A stretch of 64,000 bases of DNA from an uncultured Terracidiphilus sp. (GTDB taxonomy: Bacteria; Acidobacteriota; Terriglobia; Terriglobales; Acidobacteriaceae). Location of the stretch: positions 11,727-75,726 of the forward strand of contig CAZPEZ010000004.1 of the NCBI GenBank assembly GCA_964585715.1, given 5' to 3'. A program made the translations under genes and the position numbers. Under the pieces are notes generated by a model. That model did no database searches. It was given only the letters and a program-made list of their open reading frames with translations, and was not told the DNA's origin. Shown piece by piece: positions 17,789 through 27,541 of the stretch. Every line of letters begins with the position of its first letter. The first letter of the stretch is position 1.

Positions 17789-19225
17789 TTAGTGACCCGC
17801 GCCCGGGGTTGTCGCTGAGCCGTTCTCCGGTTTTTGCTTGATCGCCTGTACGTTGGCCATCAATTGCTTGAGGTCCATGCCGCTCAGCGCTTCAAACAAC
17901 GCCGGCACCTGCGCCGCGATCTTGGTCATGTCGCCGGTGATCTTGTTCACTCCAGCCGCGCCATCGTTGCCTGTGGACACGATGGTGATTTTGTCCACCT
18001 TGCTGAGCGGCTCGGCCATCGCACGGACCACATCGGCCATGTTGGTCAGCAGCTTGTCGACCACCGCGGCCTGGTTCCATCCCTGATAGGCCTCGGCCTT
18101 CACGTTCATGGCTTTGGCTTCGGCCTCGCCCTTCTGGAAGATGATGCTGGCTTCGGCTTCGCCCTGTGTCCGAATCGCCGACGCACGGCCTTCGGCTTCC
18201 GCTGTCAGGCGATTCTTCTCGGCGGCAGCCATATTCTCGATGCGCTGGCGCTCGATCTCCGCGCCCTTCAGAACGGTCGCGATCAGTTCCTTCTCGTGGC
18301 GCGTGATCTCGGCCTCTTGCACCTTGATCTGGCCCTCCTTCTCCACCTGCTGCACCTTCACCTGCTCCGCGGTCACTTGTTGCAGCATGATGTTGGTCTG
18401 CAGTTCGTACGCTTTATCGGCGCTTGCCTGCTGGCGGCGGCTCTGTTCGGCGTATTCCGCCTTTTTGATTTCAAGATCGCGCTGTGCCTCTGCCTGGCGC
18501 GTGGCGGAGGCGGTCTCGGCAATCACCCGCTCCTGATCTGCCTGCGCCTTCGCGACAGCGGACTCGCGCATGGCCGTCGCTCGTTTGATCGCGGTGTCGC
18601 GCTCGGCATCGGCAGTGGCCATTTCGGCATCTCGCTTGATGCGGGCAATGTCGGGCCTTCCCATGTTGGCGATGTAGTCGTTCTTATCCTTGACCTCCTT
18701 GATGGTGAACGAAATCACCTCGAGCCCCATCTTGCTCATGTCTTCAGCACAAGTAGACCGCATGCGCTCGCCGACCATCTCCGGTTCTTTGACGATCTGC
18801 TCGACCGTCAACTGGCCGATGATGCCGCGCAAATGTCCTTCCATCACCAGGCGGATCAAGCCTTCGCGCTGCGCCGGAGCCTTGGTCAGGAACTGCTCCG
18901 CCGCCGTAAGAATCGACGCCTGATCGCTGCGCACTTTAATCTGTGCGACGGCCTCCACCGTAACCGCGACGCCCTGCTTGGTGTAGAGATCCTGCTGCGG
19001 AGCGACATCGAAGCTCATCAGTTCGAGGCTCAGTTCGCGGCAGTTCTCCACCATAGGAAAGATCACCGTGCCATGGCCCTTGATCACACGAGGCCCGCGG
19101 AATCCATACACAATCAAAGCTTCGTTGGGCCCGGCCTTACGATACATCCTGGCCAAAATCCCCATCACAATAATCAGCATCAGAACTGCTAGTCCGGCGT
19201 ACAGAATGATTTCTGGGTGGATCAT
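17789..19225 (-). CDS. flotillin / SPFH domain protein
   Basis: N-terminal TM, YRKAGPNEALIV, AAEQFL, MEGHLRGII, AEA-rich coiled coil, PLSKVDKITIV. Confidence 0.93.
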   Translation of the reverse strand: MIHPEIILYAGLAVLMLIIVMGILARMYRKAGPNEALIVYGFRGPRVIKGHGTVIFPMVENCRELSLELMSFDVAPQQDLYTKQGVAVTVEAVAQIKVRSDQASILTAAEQFLTKAPAQREGLIRLVMEGHLRGIIGQLTVEQIVKEPEMVGERMRSTCAEDMSKMGLEVISFTIKEVKDKNDYIANMGRPDIARIKRDAEMATADAERDTAIKRATAMRESAVAKAQADQERVIAETASATRQAEAQRDLEIKKAEYAEQSRRQQASADKAYELQTNIMLQQVTAEQVKVQQVEKEGQIKVQEAEITRHEKELIATVLKGAEIERQRIENMAAAEKNRLTAEAEGRASAIRTQGEAEASIIFQKGEAEAKAMNVKAEAYQGWNQAAVVDKLLTNMADVVRAMAEPLSKVDKITIVSTGNDGAAGVNKITGDMTKIAAQVPALFEALSGMDLKQLMANVQAIKQKPENGSATTPGAGH

Positions 19226-19268
19226 TGCTTTCCCGGCCCTTCGCCCAGGAGAGTATGGGTTGATGGTT

Positions 19269-19385
19269 TTACTGCTTATGGCCGTTCTGCCGGCCATTCT
19301 TCGGAAAAAGCTTGGCGAGCAAACCCAGCAGGAAGATTCCTACCAGGATGGCCATGTCGGCAATCAACACGGTCGAGTTCGTCAT
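19269..19385 (-). CDS. 38-aa single-TM microprotein (not in the ORF track)
   Basis: MTNSTVLIADMAILVGIFLLGLLAKLFPKNGRQNGHKQ*, preceded by AGAGG, co-oriented inside the operon. Confidence 0.55.
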   Translation of the reverse strand: MTNSTVLIADMAILVGIFLLGLLAKLFPKNGRQNGHKQ

Positions 19386-19471
19386 TTGAAACCTCTGCGG
19401 TTAATGGTGAATACAAGTAGTGAGTGGACAAAGAAACATTGGATGAGTGGGGCAGTAGGACAGTGACCCGA

Positions 19472-20125
19472 TCAGGATGCAGCCGACCCCTGATCTCTGA
19501 ACCCTGACCCCTGATCTGCCTCCGGCAGATCTTCCCAGCGCTTCACATAGGCAATGCCTTTTTCGTAGCGCACGACGTAAACCTCTTCCTGTTTTTGAAT
19601 CGGCTCTCCGTCGTCGGAGCGCGCCGGGGCCGATCGCCGCGCGCCCAGTTGTTCGTACACAATCTCTCCCGTGCCGCCTGAGCGAATCGCCGAAGACAGA
19701 TGACCCACTACGCCGATCACGTCCGTCTCATCGGCCGTCAGCTCGCGCTCATGCGGCAGGAGAACCTTGGTCAGAAAGAAAAAAACAAGTGCGCCGCCGG
19801 CCAGGCCGCACACCGCGGCCAGCACCAAAACGACCAGCGCAACAAAGCTGCCGTAGCGCGACAGCAGGTACCCCGCCGCGCCAAACCAGCAGAGAAAAAT
19901 CATCAGCGAGAACGCATTCCACCACGGCACATTGGCGCCGCCTCCGCGCACGCCCGCCGCGCCGGGATGTGACGTTCCCATCGCGCCTGCATGCGGCACA
20001 TGCACGTGTCCTAAATGCGGCAGGTGTACAGATCCGCCGAAGTGGCCCAGCACGCCGAACAGCGACAGCGCGCTCAGCCCCAGCCCCACCAGAAAGCAAA
20101 TCAGATAAAAGGATTCCCAGTTCAT
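19472..20125 (-). CDS. short NfeD-like (YuaF-type) membrane protein
   Basis: TM helices, His-rich loop (HLPHLGHVHVPH), C-terminal OB-like GVVG...GTGEI...ARS...VYVVRYEKGIAYV; upstream of flotillin. Confidence 0.85.
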   Translation of the reverse strand: MNWESFYLICFLVGLGLSALSLFGVLGHFGGSVHLPHLGHVHVPHAGAMGTSHPGAAGVRGGGANVPWWNAFSLMIFLCWFGAAGYLLSRYGSFVALVVLVLAAVCGLAGGALVFFFLTKVLLPHERELTADETDVIGVVGHLSSAIRSGGTGEIVYEQLGARRSAPARSDDGEPIQKQEEVYVVRYEKGIAYVKRWEDLPEADQGSGFRDQGSAAS

Positions 20126-20141
20126 CGATGCGCTCCTTGTC

Positions 20142-20717
20142 TTACCGCGCTCTCTTGGTTGATCTCTGAACCTTGCCGTTTTTCTTGCCGGTGCGCACTG
20201 CGCGCTCAGACGAATCTCGGTCTTCTATTCCCTGTTCCCTATCCCCTGTTGCCTGTTTTCTCAGCACTTCCGCCAGCCTTGGCATCAACCCCGGCGTCTC
20301 CAGAATTGCCTCCAGCAGCAGAAGACACTCCCGCGAGTGTTCGTTGCGCGCCAGCGTCAGCAAAGCCTGCTTCAGCTCCGGGTCGCGGCGAAACCGCTCC
20401 GCTCCCGAGACCAGCCACAGGTCGAGCTTGTCTTCCACGTTGCGGAGTTCGCTCTGCAACTCGGGGGAGTAGCCTTCCGGGTCGTCCACCAAATAACCGG
20501 GGTGGACTTTGAAGAACCCGGCTAGAAGCTGCCGCGAGGTGTTGGTCAGGTGGGGGCGTGCGCCGCTTTCAATCTGGGAGAGGTAGCTCTGGCTGATCTT
20601 CGAGCCGGTTTCGGCATCGATGGCCCGCACCAGTTCCTGCTGACTCATCGCGCGGTCCAGGCCTCTTAAACTGCCTTCGACCTCACGCAGGTAGTGGATT
20701 TTTTCGCCGAGCTTCAT
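20142..20717 (-). CDS. XRE-family HTH transcriptional regulator
   Basis: LGEKIHYLRE, MSQQELV, ISQSYLSQIESG. Confidence 0.88.
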   Translation of the reverse strand: MKLGEKIHYLREVEGSLRGLDRAMSQQELVRAIDAETGSKISQSYLSQIESGARPHLTNTSRQLLAGFFKVHPGYLVDDPEGYSPELQSELRNVEDKLDLWLVSGAERFRRDPELKQALLTLARNEHSRECLLLLEAILETPGLMPRLAEVLRKQATGDREQGIEDRDSSERAVRTGKKNGKVQRSTKRAR

Positions 20718-20757
20718 GGGTTGCGATGGGGTGTCCTTCCAGCCAGTTCAACAGTCA

Positions 20758-20802
20758 ATCGCAAATTGCAATAACAATATCGCAATCCGTAATACGCGTC
20801 AA
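20758..20802 (-). promoter_or_regulatory. sigma70 promoter with two tandem operator-like boxes
   Basis: Minus strand TTGACG-N17-TATTGT; boxes ATCGCAAATTGCAAT (20758-20772) and ATCGCAATCCGTAAT (20779-20793), starts 21 bp apart. Confidence 0.65.
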
Positions 20803-20882
20803 GCAAAATCGATTTTAATCACAATGGATGGGTTATTGGCCTGATTTCATAGACTTGCGTTCAGGAGAGGGCCGGCCTCCCT

Positions 20883-23614
20883 CTACTCATCGCGAAGGGC
20901 AATGGCCGGATCGACACGCGATGCCCGCCCGGGCGGGAACGTAGCCGGCCACCAAGCCGGCGCAGGTCAGGATTCCAACCGCGGCGAGGAGGCTGAAAGA
21001 ATCGGTTCCGCTCAAGCCATAGAGCATCTTCTGTACGAGGCGTCCACCGGCAAGAGTTACGGGAATGCCAAGCGCGATGCCCGCGAAAATCCACACTGCG
21101 ATTTCGCGCATGACGTGCCAGCTCACCTCAAACCTGCCTGCGCCGAGCGCCATGCGAATGCCGATCTCTCCCGTTCTGCGGCTCACGAGATACGACATGA
21201 GACCGTAGAGGCCGATACATGAAAGGAAGACGGCGACGACTCCGAAGAAAGCAGAGAGTTCGGCGACGAGGGTCTGATCGGTGAAGGACTGAGCTACCTG
21301 CGCATCAAGCGTGGTCACGTTGCCGACGGGCAAGGTGGGGTTGATGTCGTGGATAGCTTGCTCGACTTCGCGCGCCACGGCGCCGAACTCGCCGGTGTAC
21401 CGGACTTGGAGGTTGCCGAAACCCCAGTGGCTTTGAACATAAGGCAGGTAATCGATGTAGGGATCGGGCCCGCCGACGCCATGCACCTTGACATCTTTGG
21501 CGATGCCCACGACCTGCACCTGCTGCGGCTTCTCGGTGCTGCTGTCGGGATCGCCGAGCAAGTAAATGCGGCCGATCGGCGAGCCTGCGGGAAAAGAACA
21601 CGGGCCATATGCTCGCTGATGATCGCGACTCGCTGTGACGTGGCCGTGTCTTCAGGACCGAAGCTGCGGCCGGCGACGAGGGGAATCCCCATGGTCTTGA
21701 AGTAGCCGTTGCCGATGATGTTGTGCATGACGTCGGCATCGCGGTTGAGAGGCATGTCGGGCACGACAATCAAAGTATTCCAGGACCCTTCACGGAAAGT
21801 GAACGCAGAAAAGCCGGCGGCTTGCACGCCGGGAAGCGCATTTACACGTTCTTCGATCTGATGGTAGAGCACCTGTTGGCGCGGATCGTCTTCTTTGAAG
21901 TTCAGTGGGGACGTGTCGATGCTGAGGCGCAGCACGTTCTGTTTGTTGAAGCCCAGGTCGACGCGGTTCAAGTTGTTCAGCGTACGGAGGAACAGACCGG
22001 CAACCATCAGCAGGACGAGGGAGAGCGCCACCTGGCCCACCACCAGGGCTTTGGCCAGCGGCGAGCGCCTGCCGATGAGAGAACTTCCGCGACCGTTTTT
22101 GAGGTTGCTGGTCACATCGAGCCGTGTCGCGCGGATTGCCGGGAGAGTGCCGAAGAGCAGAGCCGTAGCGATGGTGACGGCGCAGGTGAACGCGAGGAGA
22201 GGGAGATTGAGCGCGACATCGAGCGGTACGATTTCGTCGCCCTGCGAAATCATGTGCAGTAGCAGACGGTTGGCGAGTGCGGCGAAGCCGATGCCCAGCG
22301 CACCTCCGGCCAGCGCCAGGAGCAGGCTTTCGGTGAAAAGTTGTCGCAGGATGCGGAGCCGGCCCGCTCCGAGAGCCTGCCGGATCGCCAGTTCGCGTGC
22401 CCGCGCGGTTGAACGCGCCAGAAGAAGGTTGGCAATGTTCGCGCAGGCGATGAGCAGAACCAGGGCGACGATTGACATCAGGATCTGCAGCGGTTGGGAA
22501 TAGGTGCGGCGCAGATTGGAGAGGCCGCGGGCCATCGGCTGGAGCTGTACATGCGCGTGAGCGAGATTGTTGAGGTTCGTTTGGGTGAGCTTGCCGTCGG
22601 GAAAGCTGCGCAGGATCTCCGGAAAAAGAACGTTCATATTGGCTGTGGCCTGTTCGACGCTGACGCCTGTCTTCAGGCGGCCAACAATCCAAAGCAATTC
22701 GGAAAAGTTGTCTTGGCGTCCCTTCCAACCGGGCGGAATCGACTGCAACATGGAGAGCGGCGCCCAGGCATCGGGGGATTCGCCTACGGAAGTGCCGAAG
22801 AACTCCGCCGGGGCGACGCCCACGATGCGAAAAACCGTCGTGCCGAGACGCAGTGTCCGGCTGAGAATCGAAGGATCGGCGCCGAAGCTGCGCTTCCAGA
22901 ACGAGTCGCTGATCACAACAACGGAATGGTCGCCCTGATCGGAATCGTCGTTTTCATCGAGGACACGGCCCATTTGTGCGCCGACGCCGAGCGTCTGGAA
23001 GTAGGTTCCCGAGACTGTCTGCACTTTGATCAGCTCGGACTCGCTGCGGCTGTCGATGAAGCCATGCACATCATTCCTCATGCTGAGGAGCGCGGCAGTG
23101 GAGGAGAAGACGGAGTTCTCGCGCTGCAAGCGGCGATAGAAGGGATGGGAATAGAGCTCGGTGCAGGCGTAGTCGTCGGTGATCCCGCCCCAGTCTTCGA
23201 GGCCCAATTTGACCAGCTGCTGCGGATCCTTCACGGGAAGCGAACGTAGCATCACGGCGTCGACAAGCTGAAGATGGCCGTGTTGGCGCCGACGCCAAGG
23301 GCAAGCGAGACAAGTGCCACCAACGTGATCGCCGGTGTGCGCAACATGGAGCGGAATCCGTAGGCCGCATCCTGCAGCAAGGTCTCAAGTCCGTTCCATC
23401 CCCAGGCCACGACGCTCGTTTCCTGCATGTGTGTTGTATTGCCGAAACGACGGGCCGCGGCGTGATACGCGTCCGCCGGATCGATGCCCGAGGCAATCTG
23501 CTGCTGACGCCGAAGTTCGAGGTGCGGGCGCATCTCTTCTTCCAGGTCGCGGCGGAACTGGCCGCGATCGAGCAGCATCTGCAGTCGTCGTTTCCATTCA
23601 CCGCCAATGCTCAT
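20883..23614 (-). pseudogene. ADOP-type (MacB/FtsX duplicated) ABC permease with three frameshifts
   Basis: DLEEEM, LALGVGANTAIFS, LLIACANIANLLLAR, RRTGEIGIRMALGA and PARRASRVDP split across frames; shifts near 23262, 21590 and 20930. Confidence 0.88.
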
Positions 23615-23621
23615 CGCGTCC

Positions 23622-23981
23622 TCACGCCATCTGCAGGATGCGGGCTATCGCCCCCATCACGCGCTCGAACTGCTGCAGCTCGACGCCAAGCTGCTTCTTG
23701 CCCGCCGCCGTCAGGGTGTAGTAGCGTGCCCTGCGGTTGCCCGTCGTGACTCCCCATTCGGCAGCCACCCAGCCCTTGATCAACATGCGCTGCAGCGCCG
23801 GATAGAGCGAGCCCTCCTCGACCTGGAGCACGTCCTCTGAGCAACTTTGGATGAGTTCGGCGATCTCAAAGCCGTGAAGCCTGCCGCGCAACGCCAGACT
23901 TTTCAGGATGAGCACGTACAACGTGCCAGGAGGGATCTCGTCCCGGTCGGTGCTCGAACTGTGGCGGATCAGAGCGGCCAT
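23622..23981 (-). CDS. PadR-family regulator (acidobacterial type)
   Basis: PGTLYVLIL, LHGFEIA, VEEGSLYPALQR, NRRARYYTLT. Confidence 0.92.
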   Translation of the reverse strand: MAALIRHSSSTDRDEIPPGTLYVLILKSLALRGRLHGFEIAELIQSCSEDVLQVEEGSLYPALQRMLIKGWVAAEWGVTTGNRRARYYTLTAAGKKQLGVELQQFERVMGAIARILQMA

Positions 23982-24000
23982 TAAACGTCTCCGGCGACTG

Positions 24001-24050
24001 CTGGCATAGTTTATCTATGTCAGAGTGGACTCGACCTTTCTCCCTGTCAA
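24001..24050 (-). promoter_or_regulatory. padR promoter with palindromic operator
   Basis: Minus strand TTGACA-N17-CACTCT followed by the imperfect inverted repeat CTGGCATAG-TTTAT-CTATGTCAG (24001-24023). Confidence 0.6.
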
Positions 24051-24142
24051 GGCGAAACAGCCAAACTTGTGACGAGTGCGCAAGATGCGAAGGCCCTCCA
24101 GCTCGATGCCGGAAGGCCTTCAGGTGTACGACTACTCCGCTT

Positions 24143-25396
24143 CTACGCCGTCACTGTCCGCGTAGGTTTGGAGCCCCACAGCCCATAGTAGGCAATGAAG
24201 AGGTAACAGAAAATTGGAATGACAAAGGCGTGCTGAATGCCTATCTTGTCCGCCGCCGCGCCCAGCAGGAGAGGAACGATTGCCCCACCGACGACGGCAG
24301 TCATAATCAGTCCCGACCCCTTGCTGGTCATCGGGCCAAGGCCGGCGATGCCAAGAGCAAAAATGTTCGGGAACATGATGGAGTTGAAGAAACCGCAGAG
24401 CACTACAGTCCAGATAGCCACCGATCCGCTGCTGACCATCGAGACAACGAGCAGGGCAGCTGCAATAAAGCCGAAGGCCCCGAGCAGCTTATTCGATTTG
24501 ATCTTCGTGAGCACCCATGAACCAAGCAAGCGGCCAACCAGTGCCCCACCCCAGTAAAGCGAGACCAGGAACGACGCCGTTTTGGCGCTATCCACGCCCT
24601 GCGTCTTGAAGTAGTTCACCGCGATTGAAGCCAGGCCCACTTCCACGCCCACATAGAGAAAGATGCCGACAGCGCCCAAAACCGTGTGCTTGTAGCTCCA
24701 GATGCTCCGGCCGAGGATCGGATCGCCCTCTTTTGCGGGGCGAAACTCCTGCGTCTGCGCAATGTGAGGCAAATGCATGAAGGCCACTGCGATGCCTAGA
24801 ATCAGCAATCCACCGGCAATGGCGATATACGGCCCGCGCACTGTGTTCGCGATGGCTGCCTTGGTGGCTGTGCTCGCCGGATCGGTAAGAATGTAGGCTC
24901 CGGCGACAAGAGGCGCTATCGTGCCGCCGAGAGAGTTGAGTGCCTGCGCCAGTGTGAGGCGCACCGGAGCACTGTGCTCAGGGCCAAGAATCGCAACATA
25001 AGGATTGGCTGCAGTCTGCAATGCGGTCACGCCCGCGCCGACAATGAACACGGCGGTAAGGAACAGCGGAAAGCTGACCAACTTGGCCGCGGGCACAAAC
25101 AGCAGGCACCCGACCACCTGGATGAACAGCGAGACCACCATCGTCTTCTTGTAGCCGATGGTCTCAATCAGTTTCGACGTTGGCGATGAGAACACGAAGT
25201 AGGCGAGGAAGAACGCTGATTCGGCCAGCATGGCCCAGGCATAGGGCAGATCGAAGATGGACCGCAGGTGCGGCACCAGCGCCATATTGAGGTTGGTGAT
25301 GAACCCGAAAATGAAAAACAGAACGGCCACCGTGATGAAGGGGCCGGTGTAGCTCGGTACGCTTTGAACTCCGGCCGGTGTAGATCGAGTTGCCAT
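24143..25396 (-). CDS. glucose/galactose MFS transporter (GluP/FucP family)
   Basis: LFFIFGFITNLN, LQTAANPY, RLTLAQALNSLG, FLYVGVEV, NSIMFPNIF. Confidence 0.9.
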   Translation of the reverse strand: MATRSTPAGVQSVPSYTGPFITVAVLFFIFGFITNLNMALVPHLRSIFDLPYAWAMLAESAFFLAYFVFSSPTSKLIETIGYKKTMVVSLFIQVVGCLLFVPAAKLVSFPLFLTAVFIVGAGVTALQTAANPYVAILGPEHSAPVRLTLAQALNSLGGTIAPLVAGAYILTDPASTATKAAIANTVRGPYIAIAGGLLILGIAVAFMHLPHIAQTQEFRPAKEGDPILGRSIWSYKHTVLGAVGIFLYVGVEVGLASIAVNYFKTQGVDSAKTASFLVSLYWGGALVGRLLGSWVLTKIKSNKLLGAFGFIAAALLVVSMVSSGSVAIWTVVLCGFFNSIMFPNIFALGIAGLGPMTSKGSGLIMTAVVGGAIVPLLLGAAADKIGIQHAFVIPIFCYLFIAYYGLWGSKPTRTVTA

Positions 25397-25654
25397 ACGT
25401 AGTTTGATCCCCGCTTCCTTAAAAAGTTCTGCCCGGTTTGGGCTCGATGGCGCGATGGGGGCAGGGCGCTCATCGTATCTGCCGGTTGGGTTCCCCGGCT
25501 CTTGTCTGATGGCCTCTGTGCAGGCCGCTTTTGCTGCACACAACACTATACGGGAAACAGCGTTTCTGGGAAGGGGAGCTACCAAACCCTGCCGAGCCGC
25601 TACCTGCGGCACGCCTGCTTCGGGTATTCTCAAATGAAAAAGAAGGAGATAACC

Positions 25655-26860
25655 GTGCCGATCGCCGCCTTGAACAGCGCCCGGACCAGAAAGGTGTTAG
25701 CAGCGCTCGAGAGCAACTGGCAGGCCGAGATGGAGGGCTACCACACCTACTCGACGCTCGCCGATCGCGACATCGATCCCGTGCGCGCGCAGGTGCTGCG
25801 TCATCTGGCCCAGGCCGAGCTGGAACATGCGGCGCTGTGGGCGGGCCGCATCGAAGAGTTGGGTGGACCAGCGCCGGCCTACACCGGTGCTCCGGGAGGC
25901 GAAGCCGATTCCTTGGCCAACCGCGCCGGCGGAACGAAGATGGCTCTGCGACGGCTGGAGATCGAAGAGAGCCGGCATATCGCGCGTTACGGGACGCAGT
26001 TGAAGGACTTGGGCGACGAGGGCTCCATCGCCATCCTCGATCACGTGATTGAAGATGAACGGGAGCATCATCGCGAGCTGGGTTCGCTGCTTCGAGGGCA
26101 CTATCAGGCTCCGGCCGGAGCGCCGAAGGTCGATCCCAAAGCTGTCCTCGAAGAGATGCTGGCCAAGCGCGATGCCGGCCGCAAGCAGCCGGGTGCGTGG
26201 ATCGGCGATGCAATCTATGGCGTGAACGACGGGCTGGGCGCAATCTTCGGCATCGTCTCCGGCGTCTCCGGCGCAACGGCCGGCGACAGCAAATACGTCC
26301 TGCTGGCCGGCCTCTCCGGCATGATCGCCTCGGCTCTTTCCATGGGATCGGGCGCCTACCTTGCAGCCAAGAGTGAGCGTGAGATCTACCATGCCGAAAT
26401 TGCGCGAGAGCGCGAAGCCATCAAGATGAACGAGCCCGAGGCGCGCGAACTGCTCGCTCTCTACTACCAGGTCAAGGGCTTGCCAGAGGCCGACGCCCTC
26501 CACATGGTGAACCACATCGCCAGCGACCCCGAACAACTGCTGCGCGCGCTGGCCTCGGAGCGTCTCGGAACCTCAGAGGAAGCGCTCTCGAATCCGCTCG
26601 TGTCAGCTACCTCGGGTGCGTTGTCCACCGCAGTTGGTGCGCTCATTCCGGTCATTCCCTTTTTCTTCATGAAAGGAATTCCCGCTGTCATCGCCGCCGC
26701 CATCGTTTCTCTCATCGCACACTTCGCCGTCGGCGCAGCCAAGAGTCTCATCACCATTCGCTCGTGGTGGTCGTCGGGCCTGGAGATGACCGTGGTCGGC
26801 GCCGTAGAGGGTGCGGTGACTTACGGCATAGGCATCCTCCTCGGCAAGGGCGGTATGTAG
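25655..26860 (+). CDS. ferritin/rubrerythrin-like domain fused to VIT1/CCC1 transporter (MbfA-like)
   Basis: E...ELEH...E...EREH diiron pattern; GDAIYGVNDGL, ALSMGSGAYLAAKSE; GTG after AAGGAG (alternative ATG 25634). Confidence 0.85.
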   Translation: MPIAALNSARTRKVLAALESNWQAEMEGYHTYSTLADRDIDPVRAQVLRHLAQAELEHAALWAGRIEELGGPAPAYTGAPGGEADSLANRAGGTKMALRRLEIEESRHIARYGTQLKDLGDEGSIAILDHVIEDEREHHRELGSLLRGHYQAPAGAPKVDPKAVLEEMLAKRDAGRKQPGAWIGDAIYGVNDGLGAIFGIVSGVSGATAGDSKYVLLAGLSGMIASALSMGSGAYLAAKSEREIYHAEIAREREAIKMNEPEARELLALYYQVKGLPEADALHMVNHIASDPEQLLRALASERLGTSEEALSNPLVSATSGALSTAVGALIPVIPFFFMKGIPAVIAAAIVSLIAHFAVGAAKSLITIRSWWSSGLEMTVVGAVEGAVTYGIGILLGKGGM

Positions 26861-27540
26861 TGGCAGGCTTCGTTCCGCTCGGTGACGCATCGCGCCGCCC
26901 AGGCAACTTTGCGGCGGTCACAGTCGCCATCATCGTGGTCAACGTGTGGGTCTTCTTTCAGGAGCTCGCGCATGGCGATCGCTTCGTCTACGTCTGGTCC
27001 GCCGTGCCCGTCCGCATTATGCACGGGCATCACTGGATCACGGTGCTGACCTCGATGTTCATGCACGGCAGCTGGATGCACATCATCGGCAACATGATCT
27101 ACCTGTGGGCCTTCGGCCGCGAGATTGAAGACGCGATGGGCAGCTTCAAGTTCCTCTTCTTTTATTTGGCGGGCGGCATCGTCGCCATGATGGCCCAGAT
27201 CCTCGGCGATCCGGCCTCGCGCATTCCCAGTCTCGGCGCCAGCGGGGCCATCGCTGCAGTCATGGGCGCGTTCCTGATCACGTTCCCTCGCGATCGCATT
27301 CGCACCCTGCTCATCGTCTTTATCTTCATCCGCATCACGTTCATCCCTGCTGCGCTGCTAATCGGATTCTGGTTCCTGATGCAGGTGCTGAACGTCGGCT
27401 CGGTCGCAGCAGTCAAAACCGGAGGCGTCGCCTACCTGGCCCATGTCGGCGGCTTCCTGTTTGGCGTCGTGACGGCGCGCCTGTTCGTCGATCCCAACCG
27501 CATCGCCTTGCGCCGCGTCCCGACCTACCCAACCTACTAA
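26860..27540 (+). CDS. rhomboid-family intramembrane serine protease
   Basis: SMFMHGSWMHIIGNM, GASGAIAAV, AYLAHVGG; GTG overlaps the upstream stop. Confidence 0.92.
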   Translation: MAGFVPLGDASRRPGNFAAVTVAIIVVNVWVFFQELAHGDRFVYVWSAVPVRIMHGHHWITVLTSMFMHGSWMHIIGNMIYLWAFGREIEDAMGSFKFLFFYLAGGIVAMMAQILGDPASRIPSLGASGAIAAVMGAFLITFPRDRIRTLLIVFIFIRITFIPAALLIGFWFLMQVLNVGSVAAVKTGGVAYLAHVGGFLFGVVTARLFVDPNRIALRRVPTYPTY

Positions 27541-27541
27541 A

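Noticed and set aside
17834-19192. 452-aa plus-strand ORF
   Set aside because: Antisense shadow of flotillin, expected from GC-rich codon bias; no recognisable motifs. The same applies to 59864-60898, 21790-22728 and most other overlapping ORFs in the track.
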